Assembly: GCF_006345805.1 (NCBI RefSeq)
Contig: NW_021834228.1
Location: forward strand, 1-64,000
Direction of reading: 5' to 3'
DNA from: Octopus sinensis
Lineage: Eukaryota
DNA: 64,000 nt
Positions 13,701-28,724 of the stretch are shown here, in pieces (the first letter of the stretch is position 1; every line of letters starts with the position of its first letter). A program made the translations under genes and the position numbers. The notes beneath the pieces are model-generated. The model was not told the origin of the DNA. It made no database searches and saw only the letters and a list, made by a program, of their open reading frames with translations.

Positions 13701-15502
13701 CTGAATAAGACAGAAAATATATCACCAGTCAAAGATTCAAGTGGGAAATGGTGGTCAAGTTTGGACGCTTGAGAATGTGAGGATAACAGAGGATATTTTT
13801 TTTCTTTTAGGCAAAACAAAATATAAAAATAAAAGACAAAAATATTTAGCGAGAGGACGAAAAATGACTAAAAAAATATTCATGAGAATTCATGAGATTC
13901 AGCAATGCTGCTCTTGCTGTTGCTGTTGAGCGAACGGTCTTCGTCCCAGAGCTTGCAAGACGGGAGAAGCCCGAAACGTTGTCCTTTTGCTATTCGTAAG
14001 ACCCGCGGAAGAGAAAACAGATCAACCCCCGACACCGGGAGCATCGACGGATGGATGAATGCGCATCCAGGCTCAGCGGTTGCCTTAGGAAGTCTGCGGA
14101 GCAATGCTGGTGGAAAATGGAGCGTGGTTGAAAGGCCAAAAGAAAAGTACTGAAAAATAAAGAATTAGATAACGGACCAAAGCGAGCAAATATAAGAATT
14201 AAATAATTCAATGAAGCTTTTGGAGACCCTTATATGGGAAAGCACATGTTTAATTATTTATACTATCATTTATCCATTAAATTAAGCACTCACAGACAAA
14301 TTATATTTGAGGTTTGTTTCAGGTATGTTGGTTAATTGCAGACAAAATCTAGATGCTGTTTACTATGTCATTTTGTTGAAGCATTGCAACTGCGCCGATA
14401 GAAGATATCAGATTTAATAAATAAATAAACGAATAAATGACAATATAATTAAATAGAAGCTTTTTCAAATTATGTTTATTTCACTTGATCGTCACTGATA
14501 CAACATTGCAATGTATAAATTAAACGTATAGAAATCTAGAAATAAATGTGACTAATTTTTTAAATTGCACGGATTCTGCTGGTACAAGATGTATGTCAAA
14601 AAATACTTCAAACAACGCTTCGAAAGACGCGAATTCAGTAAAGTCTTAAGCTCGAATAATCTGCACAATGCAACGCAGATTCTCTAAGTAATAAGATTAA
14701 ATCGTTAATATGATTAAATAGATAAGGCATAAGAAAAACAAGAGTGTAACATTTCGGTAACAGAACCTACGAGAATGCGATACACGCATTACAAAACTAA
14801 ATTGCCACAAGGAAATACAAAAACATTGGAACACACTGAAATATATATTCTCTGAGTCAGAATTGGAAATTACATTTATGTATGTGAAGATTGTATTTTA
14901 AAAGTACATTGTGGAAGATTGTTGATCCGTATTTCCGTATGTTATACTTTGGTTTGTATGTAGAGACATGAACGAGAAATCTCAATGTTGCATTAACAGA
15001 AAATCTACGCACATACCCGTTACTGATTCTATATATTGCATTTTACAACTGTGGTGTTTCTTTGCATAATTTTACTTCACCTACGATAAATAATGGTTTC
15101 AAATTTTGGTACAAAGCAAGGTATGCCGATTGCATGGACGCAACTACTCAACTTGTATTTAATTCATTGACCCCCGAAAGATGACAGGCAAATTCAACCT
15201 CGATGGAATATATACGATTACTATTGAATACATTGGTAAGGAAACAAGCTGACATAATCCTTAGTACGCCAGATACAAGGATTATCGTCATTTTGTCTCT
15301 CCTGTCTTTAACCGTTTACGTACAAATTCCGTCGAGGTCGACATAACCCACATTCGAACATACTGGCGTTGTGGCCAACTTTGAAAGCAATATATGCATG
15401 GGAAAAAATGGCGAGTAGCTAGCAGAACCATTAGGACCCTGGGAGAAATGAAGCTAATCGTTTTGTCCTAACGATTCTGTCCGCTACCCACCCTTATTTC
15501 TC

Positions 15503-16597
15503 TAGGTTCATCTTACATACAACACTATTGCATTCCGTACAGGGGGACTTACCAAATGTATAGGCATTGCAGATCAGGGATTTTAAAGGGGCACGTGCCT
15601 CTCCATTACTAAAAAAAAAACAGTAATTAATTGCTTTCTAAACAGTTATTAAATGCTTTTGAGCTGTAAGTATTATGTTTACTATTAATCAACAGACAAC
15701 AGAAGTATCATAAACGAAGTTGTTCATAAAATACAATAGTTACGATAGCAACACCCTGAAACATATGCAGGTAATACATGGAAAAATACTTTACGAATTC
15801 AGAAACTCAATATTAACAATCTCATATGTGTTGCTATATCCAATTAATGGTATGAGAACAGAAGTCAGTGCTCTTATACTTAATTTGGAACAAAAATAAT
15901 TCATAACATTACAGCTGAGGAGACACAATACTTTTACAATAAATAGCGTAATACTTTTACAATAACTCACGTCTGTATCTTTGCAGACGTGTCTGTTGAA
16001 GTGTCTCCAATAGCTGTCTGCGTGTATATATATTGCTGTCTCCCTTATCTACATTCCTAAGCAATTTGACAAACGCAGATCAATGTTCTATTGACTATTT
16101 ATCTGTCAGTCCACCAAATGAGATCAAATAAATTTAGGAAAGTAAAGAGTTTATCAAATTTTATCAGTTCCATAGACCAATATCGAGAATTGCAATGTTC
16201 TGTGTACAAAGTACTGAAGCAAATCACAGTATACTGCGCCATATAAATTTAATAAAATAAGTCTAGAATATTAGAGTGTGTGTTGAAAACAGGGAATATG
16301 AAGTTATACAACTGAAGGTTATAGTGTACGCACGATATTTACCAAACACAGAAGAAATGTGAGAAATATGGAAGTATAAATATCAAGGGGCAAACAGTTT
16401 GGATATGACATTGGTAAAACAAGAACATAATACTTACAGCTCAAAAGCATTTAATAACTGTTTAGAAAGTAATTAAGTACTGTTTTTTTAGTAATGGAGA
16501 GGCACGTTCCCCTTTAAAATCCCTGATCTGCAATGCCTATACCTTTGGTAAGTCCCCCTGTACGGAATGCAATAGTGTTGTATGTAAGATGAACCTA
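15503..16597. mobile_element. Non-autonomous DNA transposon with ~175-bp TIRs
   Basis: 15501-15679 is the near-exact reverse complement of 16424-16599; ends TA|GGTTCATC...GATGAACC|TA (CTAG context); no internal ORF. Confidence 0.85.
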
Positions 16598-17176
16598 GAC
16601 GTTAACTGTAAAATTAGGAAACTAGTGAATAGCTTATGATGTACTGAGGGACTGTGCACAAACGTGATAGCTACCTAATTTGGAGAGACTGCACGTAGCA
16701 TAGGAGAGTGTATAGGTGGCCATTGGCGGGAATTGAAAGAAGGGAAAATCTCGTCAGTGCTCTACGAACATGCTCAGGCTGAAAATGCCTTCGAAATAAA
16801 CGAGGCTAATGATAACTGACACATACTAGCAAAATATGAAGCACTACCCTTATAGTACGAAAAGAAATTTGAGACGAAAACGTTTGAATACACATAACTC
16901 TGTGTGTGCGTTTTTGCGGGTGTGTGCGCGTGTATGCGTGCATGTGTGTGTGTGTGTTCGTATTTGTGTCTGTGTATATGTGTGCGGGTTTATGTGTGTT
17001 TGTCATTGTCAGTGTTAGTATTCTGTATGTATATGCCTATTTATGCGGCACCAGATTAATCATTATCATACAGAATTACTCTCGAAGATGGGAATAATGA
17101 GCGATAGTCGCAATAAATGGTAGAAGAGCCTTTTCATGAGCGCACGCAGAACTGTTCCACATGAACAAACTTAAAG

Positions 17177-17238
<62 letters not shown>

Positions 17239-17242
<4 letters not shown>

Positions 17243-17570
17243 ATAAATATTAGGGAATAAATCCAAATTTACAGGGAAAAAAATCAGGTTTAGGATTAAA
17301 TCCAATTTTATAGTAAAATATTATATAATATTAATTAGAGACAAAACCACTATTTTGCAAAACAAACAAGGAAAGACTTAATCAATACATAAAATTTTTA
17401 TAAAAAGTAAAAAAAAACCGCCACTACAATTGTTTCATGTCTTGATCGACAATCTTCAGGTGGATTTCCGATTTTCAAGTCAGTTTCAAATTATTAAAAT
17501 TTTATGTATTGATTAAGTCTTTCCTTGTTTGTTTTGCAAAATAGTGGTTTTGTCTCTAATTAATATTATA
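17239..17570. mobile_element. Penelope-like fold-back element with one hammerhead
   Basis: 75-bp inverted arms 17324-17398/17496-17570; same family as 43993-44390 and 54061-54133. Confidence 0.8.
17421..17463 (-). ncRNA. Minimal Type I hammerhead ribozyme
   Basis: Minus strand CCAC-CUGAAGA-UUGUC gaucaa GACAU-GAAA-C aauu G-UA-GUGG: full core, palindromic short stem III, GUA site. Confidence 0.75.
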
Positions 17571-17597
17571 TATATATATATATAATATATATATATA

Positions 17598-17730
17598 TAA
17601 GGTGTCCCAACAAAATGTATACACACCTTAAATAATTGTAAATTTGTTATTCTTTGTAAGCCTAGTACTTATTCTATCGTTCTCTTTTGCCGAACCACTA
17701 TGTGCATACATTTTTTGGGGACAACCTGTA
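17598..17730. mobile_element. Small Tc1-like inverted-repeat element enclosing a SINE A fragment
   Basis: taaggtgtcccaacaaaatgtat vs reverse complement tacaggttgtccccaaaaaatgtat; 17648-17700 is an antisense piece of SINE family A. Confidence 0.5.
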
Positions 17731-17789
17731 TATACGTATATATGTATGTGCCTGTACGTGTATGTATGTACGTATGTACACCGAAATAA

Positions 17790-18359
17790 TTGGTGGTCTT
17801 TAAAGGAAAGAAAAAGGTCAATAAATACTTGCCACTACATTTTTAATCAACCAAGAATGAACCATTTTGTTGCACAATGCGTCTCCATCTTTCCTTTAAC
17901 TTGAAAATATCCTCTTCCCAGAATTGAGGTGGTTTCATGGAAAAGAATTCATCAAGGTATCTTTTTACGTCACCCAAGGAATTGAAATTTTTACCATTAA
18001 AACTATTCTGCAGAGACATGAATAAGTGGAAATCCGAAGGAGCAATATCTCGGGAAAATGGGTGCAATATCTCGGGGAAATGGACTGTGGGATAACACAT
18101 CCTAGCCAAGCTGCAACCATTTTTGTCTAGTTCCCAACGCATCAAGTGCCGAAAATGAACTTTCTGATATTCCATTTTAAAGCGTTACAGAATTAACACA
18201 GGTTATAAGAATATTAACCTTCTTCCACGAAAAGATAGCTTAAGCTGTGCTCTAAATGGAGGTGTAGACAAATCCTATTTTATGGACTCAACCATGTTCT
18301 AAAATAAGTCGAAATGCAAGCTATTATACATCGGAACGAACTTTCCGGACAGCCCAATA
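17790..18359 (-). mobile_element. Internally deleted mariner transposon
   Basis: TIR TA|TTGGGCTGTCCGGAAAGTTCGTTCCG at 18331-18359 (minus) with the transposase remnant downstream; the other TIR is degenerate. Confidence 0.85.
17843..18175 (-). pseudogene. Mariner transposase remnant, N-terminus fused to C-terminus
   Basis: MEYQKVHFRHLM (mariner N-terminus) joined to HPFSRDIAPSDFHLF...KERWRRIVQQNG (YSPDLAPSD motif and C-terminal helix). Confidence 0.85.
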
Positions 18360-19611
18360 TATAGAAAGATAGACACAGACAGACAGGTTGAAGAGAAGGT
18401 AATATATATGTATGTATAATGAATTATAACGAAAGTGGTAATGTAAAACCAGGAGACTAGCAACGTGAGATGAGTGTCCAAAACTGTGCAACTTTCTGTA
18501 GCAAAGACCATTGTAAACTTTATCATAGAGTATCGATAAATACCAAAAGAGATTCTAACCCTCATATAAATCAGAACTTACTTTCTTAGAACATGATATG
18601 GTTAAAATGTTACTGATATAACTTCAGATTAGAAAATTTGGGATGTTATTTGGTGGAATGCTCTTTTGGTGTTAAATAACTAAAAAAGTTTAAAAGAGGA
18701 TGTTTAATCTCAAAGATGAAGTGCCGGAATATTTTCATAAAACAAAATAGAAGTGTCTTCCAAGTGCTTGAAAGATGAAAAACGGCCGCAACTCCAACGT
18801 ACTTGACAGACATTTTTCATGATATGCATCAACTGAACACGTCATTGCAATGTAATAAAGAAGATTTATTGATTTCAAGTGACACGTCACTCGGTTTAAA
18901 ATACAAGTGGTCTTTGTAAAAATGTTGGTCTGTTGCAAAAAGGAAATATTTGAATATATGAAACTAGTTGTTACTCTTAGATGTTAAGAAGCCTCTCGGT
19001 GAAATTTAAATAGCATTTAACGCTAAACGTCTCCTCATGTGTAGCCACACTCAAACTTCAAACAACTATATTTAAAAAAATATTATTTACTGAATGTAGC
19101 GTAGACAACTTCTGCTTAGGATATGACTTGAAAATTGCATTTGTACAGTTCTTTCTGGGAAATAGAAGAACGAGTTCCATACTTAGACTCTGCGAGTCCG
19201 CACTAAGTGGATGCCAAATCATGCAAAAAGTTTTCCCACTAGGAAATCATCACATACGGAAGAAAGGGCTAATTACATACGGAATACAGAGAGATAGGTC
19301 CTGTATCTTTAGGTATTACTTTCTGTTAAGCATCAACAACAGTAAAGAAAACAAATATATACTGGAAGATTGTGTGAATAATTACAACAAGGCATTAAGA
19401 AAAAGAAATGCTGCCCAGCTCTTGACCATTTTATTTGTGGGTAATTCGAAAAAAACAAAGCATTAAATTTTGCAGATAAACACTTTATTTTTCGAATTAA
19501 GGTTTAATCAAACGAGGTAAAGATATATTTTTTGATTGCTCATTGGCGCGATACGTATCTTAATGTTTTTTTCTCAAGGTTTTTGGAAATGCAAAAGAGA
19601 AATAGTAATAC

Positions 19612-21220
19612 TTTCTACTATAGGCACAACGCCTGAATTGTTAAGGGAAGAGGCCAGACGATGACATGGAACACAGTACGCAACTGGTACTCAATTTATC
19701 GACGCCGAAATGAGGAAAGACAAAGTTAATCTCGGCGGAATTTGAACTCAGAAAACAGCGAAGAGCGAAATACCTGTTTATTTACTACCCACAAGGGGCT
19801 AAACACTGATAGGACAAACAAGGACAGACAAACGATTTATGTCGATTATATCGACCCCAGTGCGTAACTGGTACTTATTTAATCGACCCCGAAAGGATGA
19901 AAGGCAAAGTCGACCTCGGCGGAAATTGAACTCAGAACGTAGCGGCAGACGAAATACCTATTTCTTTACTACCCACAAGGGGCTAAACACTGATAGGACA
20001 AACAAGGACAGACAAACGATTTATGTCGATTATATCGACCCCAGTGCGTAACTGGTACTTATTTAATCGACCCCGAAAGGATGAAAGGCAAAGTCGACCT
20101 CGGCGGAAATTGAACTCAGAACGTAGCGGCAGACGAAATACCTATTTCTTTACTACCCACAAGGGGCTAAGCACAGAGAGGACAAACCAGGACAGACAAA
20201 CGGATTAAGTCGATTATATCGACCCCAGTGCATAAACGGTACTTATTTAATAGACCCCGAAAGGTTGAAAGACAAGGTCAACCTCGGCGGAATTTGAACT
20301 CAGAACAAAGCGGCAGACGAAATACTTATTTCTTTATTATCCACAAGGGGCTAAACACAGAGGGGACAAACAAGGACTTACATGGGTATTAAGTCGATTA
20401 CATCGAACCAATGCGTAACTGGTACTTAATTTATCGACCCCGAAAGGATGAAAGGCAAAGTCGACCTCGGCGGAATTTGAACTCACAACGTAACGCAGAC
20501 GAAATACCGCTAAGCATTTCGTCAAGTGTGCTAACGATTCTTATTTCTTTATTGCCTACAAGGGGCTAAACATAGAGTAGACAAACAAGGACAGATACAT
20601 GGATTAAGTCGATTACTTCGACCCCACTGCGCAAATGGCAATTAATTTATCGAGTCTGAAATGATGAAAGGCAAAGTCGACCTCGGCGGAATTTGAAGTC
20701 AGAACGTAAAGATAAAAGAAACACCACTAAGATTTTCATTCGGCGTACTAACATTCCTTATTTCTTTATTGTTCACAAGGGGTTAAACATAGATGGGACA
20801 AACAAGGACAGACACATGGATTATGTCGATTACATCGACCTCAGTGCGCAACTGGTATTTAAGGCGGTGAGCTGGCAGAAACGTTAGCGCGCCGGGCGAA
20901 ATGCGTAGCCGTATTCGTCTGCCGTTACGTTGTGAGTTCAAATTCCGCCGAGGTCGACTTTACCTTTCATCCTTTCGGGGTCGATAAATTAAGTACCAGT
21001 TACGCACTGGGGTCGATGTAATCGACTTAATACCTGTGTCTGTCCCCTCTATGTTTAGGCCCTTGTGGGTAATAAAGAAATAGGTATTTAATTTATCGAC
21101 CCCGAAATGATAAAAGGTGAAGTCGACATCGGCGGATTTGAACTCAGAACGGAAAGATAAACGAAATACCCCTAAGCACTTCGCTCGGAGTGCTGACGTT
21201 TCTGCCAGCTCGCCGCCTTA
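19612..21220 (-). repeat. Tandem and nested array of SINE family D, ~184-bp period
   Basis: Units 19776-19959, 19960-20143, 20144-20327, 20328-20540, 20541-20757; split copy 20758-20862/21083-21220 with an intact head. Confidence 0.92.
20860..21085 (+). mobile_element. Full-length SINE family D copy nested in an antisense copy
   Basis: Head aaggcggtgagctggcagaaacgttagc, B-box gagttcaaattcc; flanked by direct repeat ggtatttaa (20854-20862, 21083-21091). Confidence 0.9.
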
Positions 21221-21760
21221 GTAAGAATAGCAATATTAAAAGTAATATGCATAAGTGTTTATTGAATTAGAATTCATATAAGCTATGTACATATTATCAA
21301 TTTCAGCGTTTGTGCCGGAGTATAAATTCATACAACGGCATTTAGTACAATAAATATCATATGTAAAACACTTTATTTCTTAACTTTATGCATTATATTT
21401 TCTAGAAGTAAAAGGAAAATTAAATTAAATTTTGTTCATTTTATGGACAATTTTCATTGATGATGTTATATTTAATATCGCCTAAACCTATACGATTAAA
21501 TGTTATGTTGTTTAAAATTTGAGAGACGTGATCATTCCGCTAATCGCCCCTGGCAATGAATTCCATGCATAATCTAATAATACAGCTTGTGAGGGGAAAT
21601 TATACTTCAGCTCAAAAGTAATATTGTTAGCAAATACATGTTGTAGGTTTCTGTTTCTGTGTTAGCAGAAACTCGTCTTAGATTGTACATTACTTCGAAG
21701 ATTATACAAAATATTTTCTTCATAGGCACACAGATGCACTATCATTTGATTATAATTCTG

Positions 21761-21880
21761 ATGGTTCCGGGTTCAGTCCCACTGCGTGGCATCTTGAGCA
21801 AGTGTCTTCTGATATAGCCCCGGGCAGACCAAAGCCTTGTGAGTGGATTTGGTAGACGAAAGTGAAAGAAGCATGTCGTA

Positions 21881-21968
<88 letters not shown>

Positions 21969-22190
21969 ATGTATGTATGTGTGTGTGTTTGAGCGTCTGT
22001 GTTTGTCCCCATAGCATTGCCTGATGCTGGTGTGTTTACGTCCCTGTCACTTAGCGGTTCGGCAAAAGAGACCGATAGAATAAGTACTGGGCTTACAAAG
22101 AATAGGTCCCGGGGTCGATTTGCTCGACTAAAGGCGGTGCTCCAGCATGGCCGCAGTCAAATTACTGAAACAAGTAAAAGAGAGAAAAGA
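21761..22190 (+). mobile_element. SINE family A, 5' truncated
   Basis: Matches the other family A copies. Confidence 0.92.
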
Positions 22191-22224
22191 GAGTATGCCT
22201 GCTGTTGAATGAAGACAAAGCAGA

Positions 22225-22485
22225 CGTAAACACACCAGCATCGGTTGTCAAGCAATGCTAGGGGGACAAACACAGACACACAGACATATACACACACACT
22301 TATATATATATACATATATACGACAGGCTTCTTTCAGTTTCCGTCTACCAAATCCACTCACAAGGCATTGGTCGGCCCGGGGCTATAGCAGAAGACACTT
22401 GCCGAAGATCCTACGCAGTGGGACTGAACCCGGAACCATGTGGTTGGTTAGCAAGCTACTTACCATACAGTCACTCCTGCGCCTA
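22225..22485 (-). mobile_element. SINE family A, 5' two-thirds, antisense
   Basis: Reverse complement of the head (...cactcctgcgcctat). Confidence 0.92.
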
Positions 22486-22863
22486 TATATATATGTATAT
22501 AAATACATATATGTGTGTATGTATATAAATACATATATGTATGTATGTATATACGATATATATATATGTATACATCTATATCTATATATCTACAGACATA
22601 TGCAAACATTTTATATATGTATAATATATATATATATATACATATATATATGTGTGTGTGTGTGAACATATATCATATATATATATACATGCATATATAT
22701 ATATATATATATGTACATGTATATGTATATATATGTGTATATATATATAAACGTATATATATATACATACGTATGATATACGAGAGTTGGACAGCTGCCT
22801 ATATTTAGATGATTAATTGTTTGTCTGCTGGTTTCTTTGTTTCAATTCTCTTCTCAACTACAG

Positions 22864-22893
22864 TTGTCTTTCATACGGCAGTGACTTTACGAG
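22864..22893 (+). CDS. Putative 30-nt microexon (CLSYGSDFT)
   Basis: Long pyrimidine tract tttctttgtttcaattctcttctcaactacag| and GAG|GTGAGC donor. Confidence 0.45.
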
Positions 22894-23558
22894 GTGAGCT
22901 GCCTGTAGTAAAAATATCAACACCATAATCAGTAGACAGAGTCACACATGTTCCGTTTATGTGTAGGAAACGTATAAATTTCGAATAGCGATCATTTACC
23001 AATCTATCTAATTTCTAATCACAATTTGTCATATTAAGTAATTCCTACACGTTTTCCACCCCAAAAAAGTACAACGATCAATATATTTATATTTACCCAT
23101 CGTTTTTATTATACCCAATGAGTACAGCACTTATATAAGAGAAGTTGTGTGTGACGACTTCATAAAGAAACTTCAAAGTGAATCTAGAAAATATTGCTTA
23201 CATATATATCAATTGAGATTAAATACATATATTTTAGAAATATTATTTATAAAAATTAGTGATTTTGTTTCTTATACAGACAGAAAATGAATAATCAATA
23301 CGAATGTCTTTAATGTATAATTTCCCTTTCTATATTCATGACTATTAAATGATTGATTAAGGGAACACCTTTCAATATAATAGTAGACATCAAACGCAGA
23401 TTATATATGCTTACATACACACATACAAACGAACATACATGCATGTGCACACGTACATATAGAAACACTTATATATTAACATATAAATAAATAAATATAT
23501 ATATATATAAGTGTGTGTGTGTATCCATATATTATATATATATTCATATATCTATATC

Positions 23559-23611
<53 letters not shown>

Positions 23612-23829
23612 CATACGTACACATGTGTATCTATCTATCCATCTATCTATCTATATATATACACACACACATAAACGTTTCCCTGAAACAAATTTAAAAG
23701 ATGTAAGTATATATATATACATGTGTTTGTGTTTGTGTGTGCATGTAAATAAATAAATGAATGGTGTTAAATTAAGGCATTGTTCAAATACTTTTACTCG
23801 CAAGACAACATTGATATTACTCCACAAAT

Positions 23830-23903
<74 letters not shown>

Positions 23904-25177
23904 TTTATTTAAAAGCAGCAGAAATTCAACAAAACCTGTTACTCGGAGTTTCACGTTCATTTGCGGAGTGGAGGGTGAAGGTGGTAACAAGAACAGGACA
24001 GTGAGAACAAAACAGTAAAAAAAGCAAACGGTGAGCGCTGCTGAAGCAAAACGATAGAAGAATTATTATGAAGCTAGGAGGACGAGCTATGAGAGGAGAC
24101 AGGCATGAACGCGTTTCCTCTTTTGGAAGTAAATGGACAGAAAGATAGATTCCCTTTCGTCACGTGTCAGCGACGAGAGAATCGTGGAGGAAAAGTGAGA
24201 GAGAGGGAACGGTGAAGAGAAGAGGGGAAGAATATGAAAGGTGCTTATAAACCGCCCTTTTTAATTTGTTATTTACACTTTAGCCGTTTTGGAAATCAAC
24301 ACACTTTTATAACGGTTCCTTCTTTTATAAGACAGACAGAGGTAGTTGAATGTAACCCTAGGTGTTAAGCGCCGCCGATGAGTATTAAGATGATATTCAT
24401 CAGAATCTTAAAACGCAATCAGCCTATATACGATACGGCCTTACCTCCCTTTTTCTGTCATTAAAACTGTGCGTTTGTAGCTTTTGAGTTAGTTTAACTC
24501 TTATCTTTACTACAAGCGGTATTAGTCACTACCATCTGTCACTTTTGTAGCTTCTATTAATATATATATATATATGTGTGTGTGTATGTGTGTGTGTGTG
24601 TGTGTGTGTGTTGTGTGTGTGTGTGTGCGTGTGTGTGTGTGTGTGCGTTTCTGTATATACACATATAAAAATGGTAGTTTTTAGAACTTATCACGCCCCA
24701 ATCAGTTTCACATTTACAATTTTTTCTGAGTTGATAAATAATGCAGGCTTTCGCTCTCAATATATTTCTCCACATTTTTCTTAAATTTGTTGCTTCAATT
24801 TTCTTTTTTTAATGCAAGCACATATAGACGAAAGGTCAGAAAAATATATGTTTAGACAGTAATTATGCAGTCTTATCTACGTAACATTACTTTCCTTGTT
24901 TGTATTCACACACGCGTGCATACAGAAATATAATATATACATAAGGAAATACATACAGGAGCATAAAACCAGACTTGTAAATATACATATGCATATATAT
25001 GTAGGTGCGTACGTATATAAGTATGGATGTACGTATAACAGTATTATATATGATTTACTAATTATCGATATACGTAATGCTCGAAGATGTTTTTATTTGT
25101 TACGCGACTAATCATTATATCTTCTTGTATTGTTATGTCGAAGTAAGTGTATTTATGATTTGCTCTTTTGGGCCAAG

Positions 25178-25211
25178 GAAAGTTCAGATAATTCACCAAG
25201 ATATTGCAATG
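25178..25211 (+). CDS. Putative 34-nt exon (KVQIIHQDIAM)
   Basis: ttgctcttttgggccaag| acceptor (AAG, weak), ATG|GTGAGA donor; phase 2 to 0. Confidence 0.35.
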
Positions 25212-25303
25212 GTGAGAAAAAAAATTGTCTTGTTAACAGCTATTTTTGCAAATAAATTCCAGTGATTATATCGATTTCGTCTCGCTTACGATGGAACAAA
25301 TAT

Positions 25304-27415
<2,112 letters not shown>

Positions 27416-28205
27416 GTAAAAGTAATATGTGACAATTTTTCCGTAGCCATGATAAAACTCCTATTTTCGGATGCCGAGGCGAGGTGGAAATCCACGCCGC
27501 CATCTCTTACGTTGTCCGGCCATCGGAAAAATGCTATGAAAAATGACCGTAATACAAAGGGGAATTACTGGTTCATTGATCGTTACTAAGACAAAAGAAT
27601 TATTCCAATGAGCGTTAAGTAAGTTAAGGGGGTAAGAAGCTCATAGTATTCGTGTAAGCATGCCTGTTCATACCTACACATGTACGCGCGCATAACAACG
27701 TGCGTGTGCTTAAAGCTACACATTTATTTACCCTCAGTTCAAAACATACACATCTTCACTCTCACCCTTCCCCAAATGTATATGCATATACGTACAACCT
27801 CCCCCCAACACACACACACACACGCATCATAAAGGTTCGTATACACGTCTATATACGCACAAGCACAAGAAAAAACAGGATTAAGGTTAACAATACAGAA
27901 AAAAAGCATAAGGGAGTTTATAAAGTGTGAGGAGGTGTACGTAGTTCTGATACATGGAGAGATACAGCATAACACATAGTGTGAAAATGCTGACCATTTG
28001 TAATACAAGTACTACACATTTTTACTAGCCGGTTGGCCTGGAGCATCGTCAAAAAAAGAGTCTTGCTCAAGGACAGAACGCGTCGCCAATATTTGAACAC
28101 ATGTCCTTACGATACTGAGCCGAATACTCTAATCACTATGCCACGCATTTTCACCGCCTCTCTCTCACTCTCTCGCTGTCGTGCACACACACATTTAGAA
28201 TAAAT

Positions 28206-28592
28206 TGGTGGAAGCACTCCGTCGGTTACGATGACGAGGGTTCCGGTTGATCCAATCAACGGAACAGCCTGCTCGTGAAATTAACGTGTAAGTGGCTGAG
28301 CACTCCACAGACACGTGTACCCTTAACGTAGTTCTCGGGGATATTCAGCGTGACACAGAGAGTAACAAGGCCGGCCCTTTGAAATACAGGTTCAACAGAA
28401 ACAGGAAGTAAGAGTGTGAGAAAGTTGTGGTGAAAGAGTACAGCAGGGATCACCACCATCCCTTGCCGGAGTCTCGTGGAACTTTAGGTGTTTTCCCTCA
28501 ATAAACATTCACAACGCCCGGTCTGGGAATCGAAACCGCGATGCTACGACCTCGAGTCCGCTGCCCTAACCACTGGGTCATTGCGCCTCCAC
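28206..28592 (-). mobile_element. Full-length SINE family C with 16-bp TSD
   Basis: tRNA-like head tgtggaggcgcaatgacccagtggttagggcagcggactc...ggtttcgattccc; TSD cacatttagaataaat at 28190-28205 and 28590-28605. Confidence 0.93.
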
Positions 28593-28724
28593 ATTTAGAA
28601 TAAATAGTGGGCTTACAAAGAATCAATTCTGGTGTTGATTTCTTCCACTAAAGGCAGTGCTCCAGCATGGTCGCAGTCAAATGAAAACAAATTCAAAATT
28701 AAACCAATAAAACTGTATATAACT

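Noticed and set aside
19776-20757. Regular 184-bp repeats resembling a CRISPR array or satellite
   Set aside because: Units are whole SINE bodies without unique spacers; eukaryotic context and no cas genes.
27440-27540. GC-rich hairpin cluster considered as an HDV-like ribozyme
   Set aside because: The nested double pseudoknot could not be built; only simple hairpins are present.
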